This document shows positions 39,029 through 51,100 of a DNA stretch of 64,000 nucleotides, piece after piece. This DNA comes from Fidelibacterota bacterium (GTDB lineage: Bacteria > Fidelibacterota > Marinisomatia > Marinisomatales > JACNKV01). The stretch lies in contig JACNKV010000084.1 in assembly GCA_014381855.1 (NCBI GenBank), positions 22,341-86,340 on the forward strand, given 5' to 3'. The notes under the pieces are model-generated. The model was given only the letters and a program-made list of their open reading frames with translations. It did not search any database and was not told the origin of the DNA. The position numbers were made by a program, and so were the translations under genes. Position 1 is the first letter of the stretch; each line of letters begins with the position of its first letter.

Positions 39029-39298
39029 TTATCCAATCTTTACTGACTCACGGACAATTTCACTTACCTGCCAACGTTTATTTTTACTTAATGGGCGTAC
39101 AGCAGAAATGATAACTAAATCTCCCATCTTCGGATTAACAGATCCGACATGAGCTAAATATTTCTTAAAACGCTTCACATATTTTTTATAGACGGGGTGC
39201 TTGACTTTCCGCGTGACTTTAACTGTGACCGTTTTTTCCATCTTTGTACTAACAACTTCACCAAACAATGTTTGCCTTTTTCGTACATCAGACATCAT
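39029..39298 (-). CDS. rpsQ: 30S ribosomal protein S17
   Basis: FGEVVSTKMEKTVTVKVTRKVKHPVYKKYVKR..GDLVIISAVRPLSKNKRWQV. Confidence 0.96.
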   Translation of the reverse strand: MMSDVRKRQTLFGEVVSTKMEKTVTVKVTRKVKHPVYKKYVKRFKKYLAHVGSVNPKMGDLVIISAVRPLSKNKRWQVSEIVRESVKIG

Positions 39299-39300
39299 AA

Positions 39301-39516
39301 TTACTCTCCATCCTTTTGAGGGCGAATACCCAAATCCATTTCATGCAACACTGTCTTGATCTGAGCAATTTCACGGCGTAAAATGTTAATTTGCTTTGGA
39401 TCTTCGATTTGCTGTAATGCTTTCTGAAAACGGAGGTTTTGCATGGCATCAAGATTGTCTTGAAGCCTAGACTCCAATTCAATTTTATTTATTTCATTTA
39501 ACTGACTGCGTTTCAT
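39301..39516 (-). CDS. rpmC: 50S ribosomal protein L29
   Basis: 71 aa; LESRLQDNLDAMQNLRFQKALQQIEDPKQINILRREIAQIKTVL in the expected rplP-rpmC-rpsQ position. Confidence 0.93.
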   Translation of the reverse strand: MKRSQLNEINKIELESRLQDNLDAMQNLRFQKALQQIEDPKQINILRREIAQIKTVLHEMDLGIRPQKDGE

Positions 39517-39521
39517 ACTTC

Positions 39522-39935
39522 CTAAAATTCCCTCCGTCCCACAAGTTTTGTTTTTATGGGCAGTTTATGACCGGCATTCCGAAATGCTAATTCAGCTTCT
39601 TCAAACGACACACCTTCAATTTCAAATAATATTCTACCGGGTTTAACGTTTGCAACCCAATATTCCGGTGCACCTTTTCCTTTACCCATTCGTGTTTCTG
39701 CTGGTTTCGCTGTAATAGGCTTGTCAGGAAAAATACGAATCCACATTTTTCCAACTTTCCTAACAATACGTGAAATGGTTACACGTGATGATTCAATTTG
39801 TCTTGCAGAAATCCATCCGGGTTCTAATGCTTTAAGTCCATAGCTTCCAAAAGCCACATAATCACCTCGTTTAGCCATCCCACGTCGATGTCCCCGATGA
39901 TGTCTTCGATATTTACTTTTTTTAGGTTCTAACAT
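39522..39935 (-). CDS. rplP: 50S ribosomal protein L16
   Basis: [42 protein letters not shown]. Confidence 0.97.
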   Translation of the reverse strand: MLEPKKSKYRRHHRGHRRGMAKRGDYVAFGSYGLKALEPGWISARQIESSRVTISRIVRKVGKMWIRIFPDKPITAKPAETRMGKGKGAPEYWVANVKPGRILFEIEGVSFEEAELAFRNAGHKLPIKTKLVGRREF

Positions 39936-39937
39936 AA

Positions 39938-40570
39938 TTACTTACCACGCACTTCCCCATTACAAATCCAAACCTTTATTCCAATGACACCATACGTTGT
40001 ACGCGCTTCGGTGAGGGCGTAGTCAATATCTGATCTCAATGTATGAAGCGGTACACTTCCGTCCATAAATTTTTCACTACGTGCAATCTCGGCTCCACCA
40101 AGTCTTCCGGCAACATTGATTCTAATTCCTTGCGCCCCCATTCTCATAGTAGACTGCATGGTTTTGTTCACGACTCGCCGGTAGGATATTTTCTTCATCA
40201 ATTGATGTGCAATATTCGACCCGACTAAAGCTGCATCCAATTCAGGACGTTTCACCTCTGAAATATTGATTTGAACTTCTTTTTTAGTTAATTGTTTAAC
40301 TTCTTTTCTAAGCCGCTTAACCTCTTCGCCACCTTTTCCAATTACAATCCCTGGTCTTGCCGTGTGAATTGTTATAGTTACCACTTTAGATGTGCGTCTG
40401 ATTTCCACTTTTGACACACCGGCATTAGGAAGTCGCTGCTTTAAATATTTTCTGATTTGAACATCTTCTGCAAGTTCATCTTTAAAATTCTTTTTCGATG
40501 CAAACCAATTGGATCTCCATTCTTTATTTACGGTTAGTCTAAACCCGATTGGATGTGTTTTTTGACCCAA
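39938..40570 (-). CDS. rpsC: 30S ribosomal protein S3
   Basis: [24 protein letters not shown]; [15 protein letters not shown]; [12 protein letters not shown]. Confidence 0.97.
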   Translation of the reverse strand: MGQKTHPIGFRLTVNKEWRSNWFASKKNFKDELAEDVQIRKYLKQRLPNAGVSKVEIRRTSKVVTITIHTARPGIVIGKGGEEVKRLRKEVKQLTKKEVQINISEVKRPELDAALVGSNIAHQLMKKISYRRVVNKTMQSTMRMGAQGIRINVAGRLGGAEIARSEKFMDGSVPLHTLRSDIDYALTEARTTYGVIGIKVWICNGEVRGK

Positions 40571-40579
40571 ACGATCCTC

Positions 40580-40927
40580 CTACGCTTTTGTGTCCGTGAG
40601 GACAATGGTTAAATGACTTGATGGTTTGCGTATTTTTGAAGCACGCCCCATTGCAGATGCACGGAATCTTTTTAACACCGGTCCTCCATTAACATACGCC
40701 TCTTTAATGTCTAACATTTCAGGATTGATATTACTATCTTCTGTATTGTTCATATAATTTGCAACAGCAGAATGTAGCGTTTTCTCAATAATTGTAGCGG
40801 CTTTTTCCTGTGAAAAATGTAAAACATTGAGAGCAATACCCACTTTCATACCTCGAATCGAATCTAATGTCTTCCGTATTTTTCTGGGAGACTGTCTAAC
40901 ATGTTTTAATTGTGCTAATGCTTCCAT
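40580..40927 (-). CDS. rplV: 50S ribosomal protein L22
   Basis: AQLKHVRQSPRKIRKTLDSIRG..RASAMGRASKIRKPSSHLTIVLTD. Confidence 0.96.
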   Translation of the reverse strand: MEALAQLKHVRQSPRKIRKTLDSIRGMKVGIALNVLHFSQEKAATIIEKTLHSAVANYMNNTEDSNINPEMLDIKEAYVNGGPVLKRFRASAMGRASKIRKPSSHLTIVLTDTKA

Positions 40928-41196
40928 TATTTTTTCCTATCACCCGAGTGCATTCTAAATGTTCTTGTTGGAGCAAATTCTCCAAGTTTATGCCCGACCA
41001 TATTCTCATAAATAAACACCGGAATGAATTTATGTCCGTTATGGATGGCCAGTGTGTGCCCAACAAATTCAGGGGTAATCATTGACCGGCGCGACCAAGT
41101 TTTAATGACTCGTTTTTTACCGCTGTCATTCATGACATCGATTTTCTTTAAAAGTTTAAGATCCACATGGGGGCCTTTTTTTAGTGACCGTGCCAT
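40927..41196 (-). CDS. rpsS: 30S ribosomal protein S19; ORF track start 41217 shortened to MARSLKKGP
   Basis: [46 protein letters not shown]. Confidence 0.97.
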   Translation of the reverse strand: MARSLKKGPHVDLKLLKKIDVMNDSGKKRVIKTWSRRSMITPEFVGHTLAIHNGHKFIPVFIYENMVGHKLGEFAPTRTFRMHSGDRKK

Positions 41197-41197
41197 C

Positions 41198-42022
41198 CTA
41201 TTTTCTCCTCTTGACAATCATTTCATTGGATTTCTTATTCCGTTTTCGTGTCTTGTAGCCCTTTGTTGGTTTACCCCATGGCGTAGTGGGATGGCGTCCA
41301 CCGGAAGATTTTCCTTCACCACCGCCCATCGGATGGTCAACCGGGTTCATCGCAACACCCCTGACCTTAGGACGACGGCCCAACCAGCGAGAGCGTCCGG
41401 CTTTCCCTGAGACGACTTGCTCATTCGTACGATTACCAACTTGTCCTATAGTTGCACGGCATACACTTGAGACCATTCTGACCTCACCTGACGGTAATTT
41501 TAACGTCGTGAATCCCTCGGCATGTGCCATCAACTGGGCAGCAGTGCCAGCACTTCGAACCATTTGACCACCTCTCCCGGGAATTAGTTCAATGTTATGA
41601 ACAAAAAGACCCGTAGGGATTTTATCTAGTGGCAGGGAATTGCCTATCTTCAGTGGAGCTGTTTCTCCTGAGATAACAGCATCTCCAACTTTTAGTCCGA
41701 ACGGTGCAAGGATGTAACGTTTTTCTCCATCGGCGTAATGTATGAGAGCTATATATGCAGAACGATTAGGATCATATTCAATCGTTGCAACCTTTCCGGG
41801 AATGTCAAACTTATTACGTTTAAAATCGATAATGCGATAACGACGACGATGTCCACCTCCACGGTGGCGACTTGTAATACGGCCTTTGTTGTTTCGTCCA
41901 CCGGACTTACGTAGAGCTGTCGTTAATTTTTTCTCCGGAGTATCGGTTGTAATATCGGCAAAGTCCGGTCGCGTTGCGAATCGGCTACCCGGCGTAACTG
42001 GTTTTAATGTTCGAATACCCAT
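41198..42022 (-). CDS. rplB: 50S ribosomal protein L2
   Basis: [15 protein letters not shown]; [18 protein letters not shown]; [28 protein letters not shown]. Confidence 0.98.
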   Translation of the reverse strand: MGIRTLKPVTPGSRFATRPDFADITTDTPEKKLTTALRKSGGRNNKGRITSRHRGGGHRRRYRIIDFKRNKFDIPGKVATIEYDPNRSAYIALIHYADGEKRYILAPFGLKVGDAVISGETAPLKIGNSLPLDKIPTGLFVHNIELIPGRGGQMVRSAGTAAQLMAHAEGFTTLKLPSGEVRMVSSVCRATIGQVGNRTNEQVVSGKAGRSRWLGRRPKVRGVAMNPVDHPMGGGEGKSSGGRHPTTPWGKPTKGYKTRKRNKKSNEMIVKRRK

Positions 42023-42030
42023 AATAATCC

Positions 42031-42348
42031 CTAAACTTCACCTTTTAATAAATCGATGGTATACCCTTCCTTAAGAGTAATAATTGCCCGCTTCCAATTT
42101 GAACGCTTTCCTTGTGTTCGGATGGTTCTTCCACCGCTTCGAACCGTCATAACTTTGGACTTTCCTTTGCGATTCATAGTAGCAACTTTTTCTACTTTAA
42201 CATCAAATTTTTCTTGAACAGCTTTTTTTATTTCTATTTTATTTGCATCTGTCATCACTTGAAATGCATACTTCCGCTGTGTTTCCTCAAGGATACTCAT
42301 CTTTTCCGTAAAAATCGGTCGGATGATAATATTTCTGTAATCAACCAT
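42031..42348 (-). CDS. rplW: 50S ribosomal protein L23
   Basis: [46 protein letters not shown]. Confidence 0.95.
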   Translation of the reverse strand: MVDYRNIIIRPIFTEKMSILEETQRKYAFQVMTDANKIEIKKAVQEKFDVKVEKVATMNRKGKSKVMTVRSGGRTIRTQGKRSNWKRAIITLKEGYTIDLLKGEV

Positions 42349-42350
42349 AA

Positions 42351-42983
42351 TTAATTTTTCGCTGTTAACTGTTCGCTTAACATTGCTAATCCCGCTTTAT
42401 CAAAGACCAATACATCATTATTCAACAACTCATATGCGCTGGCATGATCTGCTTTTATAACGGACACATTTTTCAAATTTCTGACCGAGAGAAAAAGTGA
42501 ATCACCAACAACTGCAGGTAAGAGTGTTACTTTTTTTCCCTCTAATTCAAGATGTTGAATCATTTCATAAATCGCCTTTGTTTTCGGCGCATCTATTTTT
42601 AATTCATCCAACACAAATATTGTACCCGAAGCTGCTTTGTCAGAAAGAACACTTTTCCTTGCAAGCTGTTTCATTTTTCTTGGAATTGCACGAATATGTT
42701 TGTGTGGGTGCGGTCCAAAAACAACACCTCCGCCCGTCCATAATGGAGAGCGTATCGTTCCTACACGCGCTGCACCTCGCCCTTTTTGTTTCCAAGGTTT
42801 TCTTCCGCCACCTTTAACCATACCCCTGCTTTTTGCAGCATGGGTACCTTGGCGGCGATTGGAAAGCTCTGAGGTAATAGCTTGATGCACAGCTGCTTCA
42901 TTTGGTTCAATTCCAAATACTGTTTCATCTACTGACATTGCGGTTCCTTTAGAACCATCCATCTTTAGTACGTTTAATTTCAT
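42351..42983 (-). CDS. rplD: 50S ribosomal protein L4
   Basis: GTHAAKSRGMVKGGGRKPWKQKGRGAARVGTIRSPLWTGGGVVFGP. Confidence 0.97.
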   Translation of the reverse strand: MKLNVLKMDGSKGTAMSVDETVFGIEPNEAAVHQAITSELSNRRQGTHAAKSRGMVKGGGRKPWKQKGRGAARVGTIRSPLWTGGGVVFGPHPHKHIRAIPRKMKQLARKSVLSDKAASGTIFVLDELKIDAPKTKAIYEMIQHLELEGKKVTLLPAVVGDSLFLSVRNLKNVSVIKADHASAYELLNNDVLVFDKAGLAMLSEQLTAKN

Positions 42984-42985
42984 AA

Positions 42986-43603
42986 TTATTTTGAAATGTA
43001 AATTATTCCGTTATTTGCTCCGGGAACAGCTCCCTTAATAAATATCTGGTTTTTTTCTGGTACAATCTTAACCACTTCCAGATTTTGAACTGTCACACGG
43101 GAATTTCCATAATGTCCTGCCATCTTCATCCCTTTAAATACCCTTGATGGAGAAGATGCTTGTCCAATAGACCCGGGATGACGCAAGGTGTGTTTTTGTC
43201 CATGGGTAATAGGAGGACGATGGAAATTATGGCGTTTAATCACACCTGCAAACCCCTTACCTTTCGACTTCCCCAAGACATTAACTTTGTCGCCCTCATT
43301 GAAGAGAGATACAGTGAACTTTTGACCAGTTTTGTACTCAAAACCAGGGACAATCTCAAACTCAGCAAGAGTCTTTTGCAAGTCTACGCCTGCTTTTTTG
43401 TAATGACCTTCCATAGGCTTTGTTACATGCTTTTTCTTGCGAGATTCATAACCAACCTGCACAGCATCATATCCGTCGTGAGCTTCTGTTTTCACCTGCG
43501 TGACCACACATGGTCCGGCTTCCACAATTGTAACCGGAGCTATTTTACCCGAGTCCAGATAAATCTGTGTCATTCCAATTTTTTTTCCAATCATTCCACG
43601 CAT
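42986..43603 (-). CDS. rplC: 50S ribosomal protein L3
   Basis: MIGKKIGMTQIYLDSGKIAPVTIVEAGPCVV; GKGFAGVIKRHNFHRPPITHGQKHTLRHPGSIG. Confidence 0.97.
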   Translation of the reverse strand: MRGMIGKKIGMTQIYLDSGKIAPVTIVEAGPCVVTQVKTEAHDGYDAVQVGYESRKKKHVTKPMEGHYKKAGVDLQKTLAEFEIVPGFEYKTGQKFTVSLFNEGDKVNVLGKSKGKGFAGVIKRHNFHRPPITHGQKHTLRHPGSIGQASSPSRVFKGMKMAGHYGNSRVTVQNLEVVKIVPEKNQIFIKGAVPGANNGIIYISK

Positions 43604-43605
43604 GA

Positions 43606-43914
43606 CTACACCTTAATCTCAATATCTACACCGGCAGGCAGATCTAACTTCATGAGTGATTCTACCGTTTTCGGAGTAGAATTCAGAATATCAATCAACC
43701 GTTTGTGAATTTTAGTCTGAAATTGTTCTCTTGACTTTTTATCAACATGTGGAGATCTCAAAACAGTATAAATTGTCCGTTTTGTCGGTAAAGGTATTGG
43801 TCCTGAGATAATAGCTCCCGTAGACTTGGCTGTTCTTACGATTTTCTCTGTTGACTTATCTAAAAGCGTATGGTCATACGCTTTTAAACTAATTCTAATT
43901 GTTTGTTTCGCCAC
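43606..43914 (-). CDS. rpsJ: 30S ribosomal protein S10 (GTG start)
   Basis: [40 protein letters not shown]. Confidence 0.97.
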   Translation of the reverse strand: MAKQTIRISLKAYDHTLLDKSTEKIVRTAKSTGAIISGPIPLPTKRTIYTVLRSPHVDKKSREQFQTKIHKRLIDILNSTPKTVESLMKLDLPAGVDIEIKV

Positions 43915-45130
43915 GAAACACGTCCTTACTCAATGATTTCAGTCACAACACCGGCACCCACTGTGTGGCCACCTTCACGAATCGCAAACCGAAGTTCCTT
44001 ATCCATCGCTATCTGTGTGATCAATTCAATTTCTAATTCCACGCTGTCCCCCGGCATCACCATCTCTGTCCCAGCAGGAAGTGTGGCAACACCCGTCACA
44101 TCTGTCGTCCGAAAATAAAACTGAGGACGATATCCGTTGAAAAACGGCGTATGACGTCCGCCTTCATCCTTCTTCAACACATACACACTTGCTTTAAACT
44201 TTGTGTGTGGTGTAATACTGCCCGGCTTTGCTAATACCATCCCGCGATTTAATTCATTCTTATCTACTCCGCGAAGAAGTAATCCTGCATTGTCGCCTGC
44301 CTGACCCTCATCCAACAGCTTACGGAACATCTCTACTCCTGTACATACTGTCTTCTTTTGAAGACCCATACCTAAAATCTCAACCTCATCTCCTACCTTG
44401 ATGATCCCACGCTCAATACGACCTGTACCAACCGTACCACGACCCGTAATACTGAATACATCCTCTACCGGCATTAAGAAAGGTCTGTCTACATCACGCT
44501 CAGGCTCAGGAATGAAACTGTCACAAGCTTCTAATATCTCTACAATACACTTCGTCGCTTCTGCATCGGACGGATTGTTTAATGCTTCTAACGCGCTTCC
44601 CATTATAATCGGAGTATCATCTCCGGGAAATTCATATTCATTTAACAAATCACGCAACTCCATCTCTACCAACTCTAATAGCTCCGGATCATCTACTTGA
44701 TCTGTCTTGTTCATAAACACAACAATCGAAGGAACATTCACCTGACGAGCTAATAATACATGCTCACGTGTCTGGGGCATGGGACCATCTGCTGCACTCA
44801 CAACCAAAATCGCTCCGTCCATCTGGGCGGCGCCTGTGATCATGTTCTTAATATAGTCTGCGTGTCCCGGACAATCTACATGGGCATAATGACGGTTCTC
44901 CGTCTCATACTCTACGTGAGCTGTCTGAATCGTAATCCCACGCTCACGCTCCTCCGGAGCATTGTCAATATCATCAAATCCCATTACCTCTGATAATCCA
45001 CGAGCTGATTGTACTAACGTGATCGCGGCAGTTAACGTCGTCTTTCCATGATCAACGTGACCAATCGTTCCGATGTTTACATGCGGCTTTGTTCTCTCAA
45101 ATTTTTGCTTTGCCATGAGAACCTCCTATT
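43910..45130. repeat. tuf direct repeat copy 1 (1,221 bp; partner at 59337..60557, same orientation, constant offset 15,427)
   Basis: Aligned text runs from GCCACGAAACACG to GAGAACCTCCTATT, flanks diverge immediately outside. Confidence 0.93.
43926..45116 (-). CDS. tuf: Elongation factor Tu, copy 1
   Basis: [33 protein letters not shown]; 396 aa; translation identical to copy 2. Confidence 0.98.
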   Translation of the reverse strand: MAKQKFERTKPHVNIGTIGHVDHGKTTLTAAITLVQSARGLSEVMGFDDIDNAPEERERGITIQTAHVEYETENRHYAHVDCPGHADYIKNMITGAAQMDGAILVVSAADGPMPQTREHVLLARQVNVPSIVVFMNKTDQVDDPELLELVEMELRDLLNEYEFPGDDTPIIMGSALEALNNPSDAEATKCIVEILEACDSFIPEPERDVDRPFLMPVEDVFSITGRGTVGTGRIERGIIKVGDEVEILGMGLQKKTVCTGVEMFRKLLDEGQAGDNAGLLLRGVDKNELNRGMVLAKPGSITPHTKFKASVYVLKKDEGGRHTPFFNGYRPQFYFRTTDVTGVATLPAGTEMVMPGDSVELEIELITQIAMDKELRFAIREGGHTVGAGVVTEIIE

Positions 45131-45136
45131 GTTTCT

Positions 45137-47233
45137 TTAATTAGATAATTTTTTACCATAAATACGTTCAACAATCTCTTCCTGTACTTTTGCAGGAACT
45201 TGTTGATGATATGCAAACTCCATGTGAAAGGCTGCTCTTCCCTGCGTAATAGAACGTAAGTCTGTTGCATAACCAAACATTTTGCTCAAAGGAACATTGG
45301 CCCGGACAACTTGTGCTTCTTTCCTTCTGCCCATTCCATCAACCTTACCACGCCGTGAACTAATATCACCCATCACATCTCCGAGATATTCTTCCGGTGT
45401 AACAACTTCAATATTCATAATTGGTTCATTCAACACAGGAGCAGACAGCTTACACGCTTTTTTTATCGCCATCGAACCGGCGATTTTAAACGCAATTTCC
45501 GACGAGTCGACTTCGTGATATGAGCCAAAAATAAGTTCGACCCTCACATCTTCAATTGGATAACCTGCGATGATTCCATTTTTCAACGCTTCTTGCATTC
45601 CTTTGTCAACAGCCGGTATATATTCCCGTGGAATCACTCCTCCAACAATTTTGTTTTCAAAGTGATAGCCCTTCCCCGGCTCATTCGGTTCAACATTAAT
45701 CACAACGTGACCATATTGCCCTCGCCCACCGGATTGTCGTACAAATTTCACATCAACGTCCTGAGCTGATTTTGTAATTGCCTCCGTATAAGCAACCTGA
45801 GGCTTTCCTACATTTGCACTAACTTTAAATTCTCTTAATAACCTATCTACTAATATCTCAAGGTGTAATTCACCCATCCCTGCAATAATAGTCTGCCCAG
45901 TATCTTGATTTGTAGAAATAATGAACGTAGGATCCTCTTCGCTGAGCTTAACTAATCCTTTAGACAATGCATCCTGATCAGCTTTACTGACCGGCTCGAC
46001 GGCAACTTCAACTACCGGCTCCGGAAAATCCATCGATTCAAGCATAATCAGATGTTTTTCATCACATAACGTGTGCCCGGTATTTGTTTTTTTCAAGCCA
46101 ACTGCAGCAACGATTTCACCGGCACCTACTTTTTCACGTTCTTCACGTTTATTCGCGTGCATCAACAAAATACGACTTATTCGCTCTCGTTTTCCTGTAT
46201 TTGGATTAAAAACATAAGAGCCTTTTGTCAATGTGCCGGAATACACTCTGATGTATGTCAAACGACCGACGTAAGGATCCGTCATAATCTTAAAGGCAAG
46301 AGCACTAAAATGTGCATTTTCACCCGGTTCACGAGATAACTCTAAATCTGAATTATCCGGATCAAAGCCCTTCACAGCACCAACATCTTCTGGTGAAGGT
46401 AAAAAATCAACCACAGCGTCCAGTAAACGTTGTACACCTTTATTCTTAAAAGCAGACCCACAGAAAGTGGGTACAAATGTATTATCCAAACAACCTTTTC
46501 GAATTGCGGCTTTTAACTCATCAACTGAAATTTCATCTCCATCGACATATTTTTCCATTAAATTATCACAATATGTCGCTGATTCTTCGATTAAATGGAG
46601 ACGCCATTTTTGTGCTTCTTCCAACATATCTGTTGGAATATCAGCATACTCAAATCTCGCACCCAATGAAGATTCGTTATACAAAATCGCTCTCATAGAA
46701 AGGAGGTCAACAATCCCGTTAAATAATTCACCATCTCCAATTGGAATGGTCAGTGGCAACGGATTTGCTCCCAACCGTTCTTTCATCATATCGACGGCGT
46801 GGTAAAAATCAGCGCCTGTTCTGTCCATTTTATTGACGAAAGCAATTCGCGGGACATTATACTTATCTGCTTGGCGCCATACCGTTTCGCTTTGAGGCTC
46901 GACACCGCCCACGGCACAAAATACGGCTATTGCACCATCCAAAACACGAAGCGATCTCTCCACCTCAACAGTAAAATCAACGTGGCCCGGAGTATCAATG
47001 ATATTAATTCGATTATTATCCCAAATAGCTGTTGTCGCTGCAGAAGTAATGGTAATACCACGTTCTTTCTCTTGCTCCATCCAGTCCATAATGGCACCGC
47101 CTTCATGAACTTCCCCTATTTTATGCGACCGTCCGGTATAATATAAAACCCGCTCAGTCAGAGTGGTTTTCCCGGCATCAATATGTGCCATTATACCGAT
47201 ATTACGGACGTGTGAAAGAGGGATGGGTTTCAT
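45137..47233 (-). CDS. fusA: Elongation factor G
   Basis: [58 protein letters not shown]. Confidence 0.98.
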   Translation of the reverse strand: MKPIPLSHVRNIGIMAHIDAGKTTLTERVLYYTGRSHKIGEVHEGGAIMDWMEQEKERGITITSAATTAIWDNNRINIIDTPGHVDFTVEVERSLRVLDGAIAVFCAVGGVEPQSETVWRQADKYNVPRIAFVNKMDRTGADFYHAVDMMKERLGANPLPLTIPIGDGELFNGIVDLLSMRAILYNESSLGARFEYADIPTDMLEEAQKWRLHLIEESATYCDNLMEKYVDGDEISVDELKAAIRKGCLDNTFVPTFCGSAFKNKGVQRLLDAVVDFLPSPEDVGAVKGFDPDNSDLELSREPGENAHFSALAFKIMTDPYVGRLTYIRVYSGTLTKGSYVFNPNTGKRERISRILLMHANKREEREKVGAGEIVAAVGLKKTNTGHTLCDEKHLIMLESMDFPEPVVEVAVEPVSKADQDALSKGLVKLSEEDPTFIISTNQDTGQTIIAGMGELHLEILVDRLLREFKVSANVGKPQVAYTEAITKSAQDVDVKFVRQSGGRGQYGHVVINVEPNEPGKGYHFENKIVGGVIPREYIPAVDKGMQEALKNGIIAGYPIEDVRVELIFGSYHEVDSSEIAFKIAGSMAIKKACKLSAPVLNEPIMNIEVVTPEEYLGDVMGDISSRRGKVDGMGRRKEAQVVRANVPLSKMFGYATDLRSITQGRAAFHMEFAYHQQVPAKVQEEIVERIYGKKLSN

Positions 47234-47706
47234 CGGCGTGGCCTTCCGAAATGTGCGAAAGCCTTATTGGCTTCTGCCATCCGGTGTGTATCATCTTTTT
47301 TCTTAATGGCGCCGCCTTCATTGTTGGCAGCAGAGATTAGTTCAACTGCGAGACGATCAGACATTGGCTTACCGCTTCTGTTTTTTGCAGCATTAATTAA
47401 CCAATGAGATGCTAAATAATACTGACGATGCTGAGGAACCTCAATCGGTACTTGATAGGTTGCACCTCCAATTCGGCGTGACTTAACTTCGAGCATGGGA
47501 GTTGAATTCTTTATAGCTTCGTCAAAGATTTTAAATCCATCAGACTTTGTCTTTTTCTTTATAATTGCCATCGCATCATAAAATATTTTTTCTGCAACGC
47601 CTTTTTTTCCCCGTTCCATCAAATAATTGATAAACTTTGCTACTGCAAGATCCTTATACACCGGATCCGGTAATATTTGTCGTCGTTCTGGTCTTCTTCT
47701 TCTCAT
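47230..47706 (-). CDS. rpsG: 30S ribosomal protein S7
   Basis: [50 protein letters not shown]. Confidence 0.97.
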   Translation of the reverse strand: MRRRRPERRQILPDPVYKDLAVAKFINYLMERGKKGVAEKIFYDAMAIIKKKTKSDGFKIFDEAIKNSTPMLEVKSRRIGGATYQVPIEVPQHRQYYLASHWLINAAKNRSGKPMSDRLAVELISAANNEGGAIKKKDDTHRMAEANKAFAHFGRPRR

Positions 47707-47708
47707 AA

Positions 47709-48086
47709 TTATCTGGCTTTTGGTCGTTTAGCTCCGTATCTGGAGCGACTGGTTTTTCGGTCGGAGACACCCGCTGTATCCAAAGCACCTCGTACAATAT
47801 GGTATCGCACACCTGACAAATCTTTGACACGACCACCCTCAATCAGCACAATAGAGTGCTCTTGGAGATTATGTCCTTCTCCCGGAATATAGGCTGCAAC
47901 CTCCATTCCATTTGTCAACCGAACACGTGCTACTTTTCTCAGCGCAGAATTCGGTTTTTTAGGTGTGGTTGTATATACACGTGTGCACACACCTCTTTTT
48001 TGAGGATTACCTTTAAGAGCCGGGGTTGCGGTTTTTTTCGCAACGCGCGCTCTTCCTTTTTTAACTAATTGGTTTATCGTCGGCAT
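47709..48086 (-). CDS. rpsL: 30S ribosomal protein S12
   Basis: [48 protein letters not shown]. Confidence 0.98.
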   Translation of the reverse strand: MPTINQLVKKGRARVAKKTATPALKGNPQKRGVCTRVYTTTPKKPNSALRKVARVRLTNGMEVAAYIPGEGHNLQEHSIVLIEGGRVKDLSGVRYHIVRGALDTAGVSDRKTSRSRYGAKRPKAR

Positions 48087-48103
48087 AGTAGTTTTTAATT
48101 TAG

Positions 48104-48139
48104 CCTATAAATTTATTAACTATTAAGAAATACAGTCAA
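48104..48139 (-). promoter_or_regulatory. Candidate promoter of rpsL operon
   Basis: Minus strand TTGACTGTATTT-N12-TAAATTTATAGG; same core and spacing as 61084..61119. Confidence 0.55.
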
Positions 48140-48169
48140 TCATTATTTGACATATTTTTAACATATAGC

Positions 48170-51100
48170 TTAAGCCTGTGTAGCCTCAGGCTCTATGATT
48201 AGATCGCTATCTTTACTTACCCGAATATCTTGAAGTCCGGGGAATCCTGTTCCGGCCGGAATCAGACGTCCGATGGTTACATTTTCTTTTAACCCGCGTA
48301 AATAATCTGTTTTGCATGCTGTGGCTGCATTCGTCAGAACCCGAGTGGTCTCTTGGAAAGAAGCCGCAGAAAGAAAACTCTCCGTATTTAAAGATGCCTG
48401 GGTAATTCCCATGATCAAAGGTTCGAATGTGGCAGGCTTGGTCTTTCTGTGTTTTGCGGGAGTTTTTTCTTCTTCTTTCAATTCGCGATTAATCTCCTGA
48501 AATTCACTCTTTTCAATCAGCAAATCGATATCCAAATCCGAATCTCCGGAATCAGAAACAACAACCATTTTTGAAATCCGCTCATTTTCTTCAAAAAAGT
48601 CTTTTCTGTCCACGCGTTCTGATTCCAAGAAGCGTGAATCACCCGAACTGGCAATCAGGATTTTTCTCATCATCTGGCGGACAATGACTTCAATATGTTT
48701 ATCATTAATGCTAACACCCTGCAAACGATAAACTTCCTGGATTTCATTCACCAGATATTCCCTGACCGCGCCCGGTCCTTGAATATTTAATATGTCCATT
48801 GGTGAAATTGCCCCTTCGCAAAGAGGAGTACCGGATGTAACAAAGTCACCCTCATGAACAATAACATGTTTTCCGTATGGAATATTATAAGAGCGGGATT
48901 TTCCATCCGATGGCTCGACAATAATCTTACGTATCCCTCGTTTTATGGAACCAAATATTACGTTCCCATTTATTTCTGAGACGACAGCCGGATTTGAGGG
49001 CATTCTGGCTTCAAATAATTCCGCGACCCTAGGCAGGCCTCCTGTAATATCTCTTGTTTTACCGATGTCTTTCTGGATTTTAACAAGTGTTTGACCGCGC
49101 TTCACATGTTGACCGTCACTTACGACGAGTGTAGCCCTGACCGGTAAGATTGTTCCGCCCGATAGCGTTTTCCCGTTATCATCGGCGATTTCAACCTGAG
49201 GACTCAAATTTCTATTTTTTGACTCGACAATGACCATTTGTTTTTTTCCGCCTTCAACAGACTCAACTTGATAGGTTTCACCTTCGATAAAATCTCGAAG
49301 ACCAACCACACCTGTTTGTCGAGTTAAGATAATATCGGTGTAAGGATCCCACTGGAATAAAATAGTTCCGGGTTTAATTTTCTCACCTTCACTGATGAAT
49401 ACATTTGATCCGTATGGGACATTATATTCTGCGCGAACCATTTCTTTCTTTTTATCGTCTAGTACAAATACTTTTGCATGACGAGACATACATCGAGTGA
49501 CTTCTGCTCCGGTTTCATCCGTCGTATCTGCAGAGTCATAATCGTCAGAGAATTTGACGACCCCACCATGTTTTGTCGTCATATCAGATTGTTCGATAAT
49601 ACGTGTAGCTGTACCACCAATATGGAAGGTTCGCAGTGTAAGCTGAGTTCCAGGTTCACCAATACTTTGCGCCGCAATAATTCCGACAGAGGAACCGATA
49701 TTTACGGAATGATTTGTTGCAAGATTCCAACCGTAACATTTTGCACACACACCATGTTTCGATTCACATGTCAGAACGGATCGAAGTCGAATACTTTGGA
49801 CACCGCTCTCTTCAATAACACTGGCATTCTCGCTACTAATCAGTGTTCCGGATTTAACTTTTACTTTTCCGTCAATAACAAAATCGTCAACCAATGATCT
49901 ACCTAAGATACGATCTGCTAATGGTTCGATAATCTCTTCTCCTTCTTTCAAATCAGAGATAACGATTCCATTAATTGTACCACAGTCTTCCTCTCCAATC
50001 ACCACATCTTGAGCAACATCAACCAGCCGACGCGTCAGATATCCAGCATCCGCTGTTTTTAATGCTGTATCGGCCAGCCCTTTTCTAGCTCCGTGAGTTG
50101 AGATAAAGTACTCCATGACTGACAGTCCTTCTTTAAAATTGGACAGAATTGGAGATTCAATAATCTCTCCTTTTCCGCCTGTCATGGATTTTTTTGGTTT
50201 TGCCATCAAACCGCGCATACCTGCTAACTGTTTAATCTGGTCCTGACTTCCTCGTGCACCGGAATCTGCCATCATGAAAACAGGATTAAAACCCGCTCTG
50301 TCTTTCTGCAGGTTATCCATCATAGATTGTGCGACTTTTCCTGTTGCATGCGTCCAAATATCAATGACTTTATTATATCGTTCACCTTCGGTGAGAATAT
50401 GACGTGTAAACTTTTCGTTGATCCCATCAACCTCTTTCGTCGCGGAAGTGATAATTTGTTCTTTATCCTTAGGAATTAAAATATCACTAATGGAGATAGA
50501 ACTGCCACTTTCTGTCGCAATTCTAAAACCGAGATCTTTTAAATCATCTAAAAATTTCACTGTTTTAAAGTTTCCAGCAACCAAATATGTCTGATTTACG
50601 ATCTTCTCAAGTCTCCTCTTGGAAATCATTTCATCAATGTAGTCCATTTCATCCGGGAGGATGTCATTTAGTAATACGCGTCCGACCGTTGTATTTTTCT
50701 GCCATTTTCCATGATATCTCACGTGAATAATTGCATGGATATCTACAGTTTTATTTTCTAAGGCAAGAGTCACTTCATTCAGCGATCCAAAGAATTTTCC
50801 TTCACCTTTAACACCCTTTTCTGCACGGGTTAAATAATAACAACCCAAGACCATATCCTGAGAAGGAATGGCAATAGGTTTACCGTTTGCCGGATGCAAA
50901 ATATTGTGACTGGAAAGCATCAAGACTCGTGCTTCCATTTGTGCGTGGACAGATAATGGAACATGTACAGCCATTTGATCTCCGTCAAAATCAGCATTAA
51001 ACGCTGCACAGACAAGCGGATGTAAGTGGATGGCTTTCCCATCAACCAACACTGGTTGAAACGCTTGAATTCCAAGACGGTGAAGCGTCGGTGCTCTATT

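Noticed and set aside
44398-44700. Plus-strand ORFs duplicated in both tuf copies (also 43903..44118, 44760..44993 and partners)
   Set aside because: Duplicated only because the tuf genes are duplicated; antisense artefacts.
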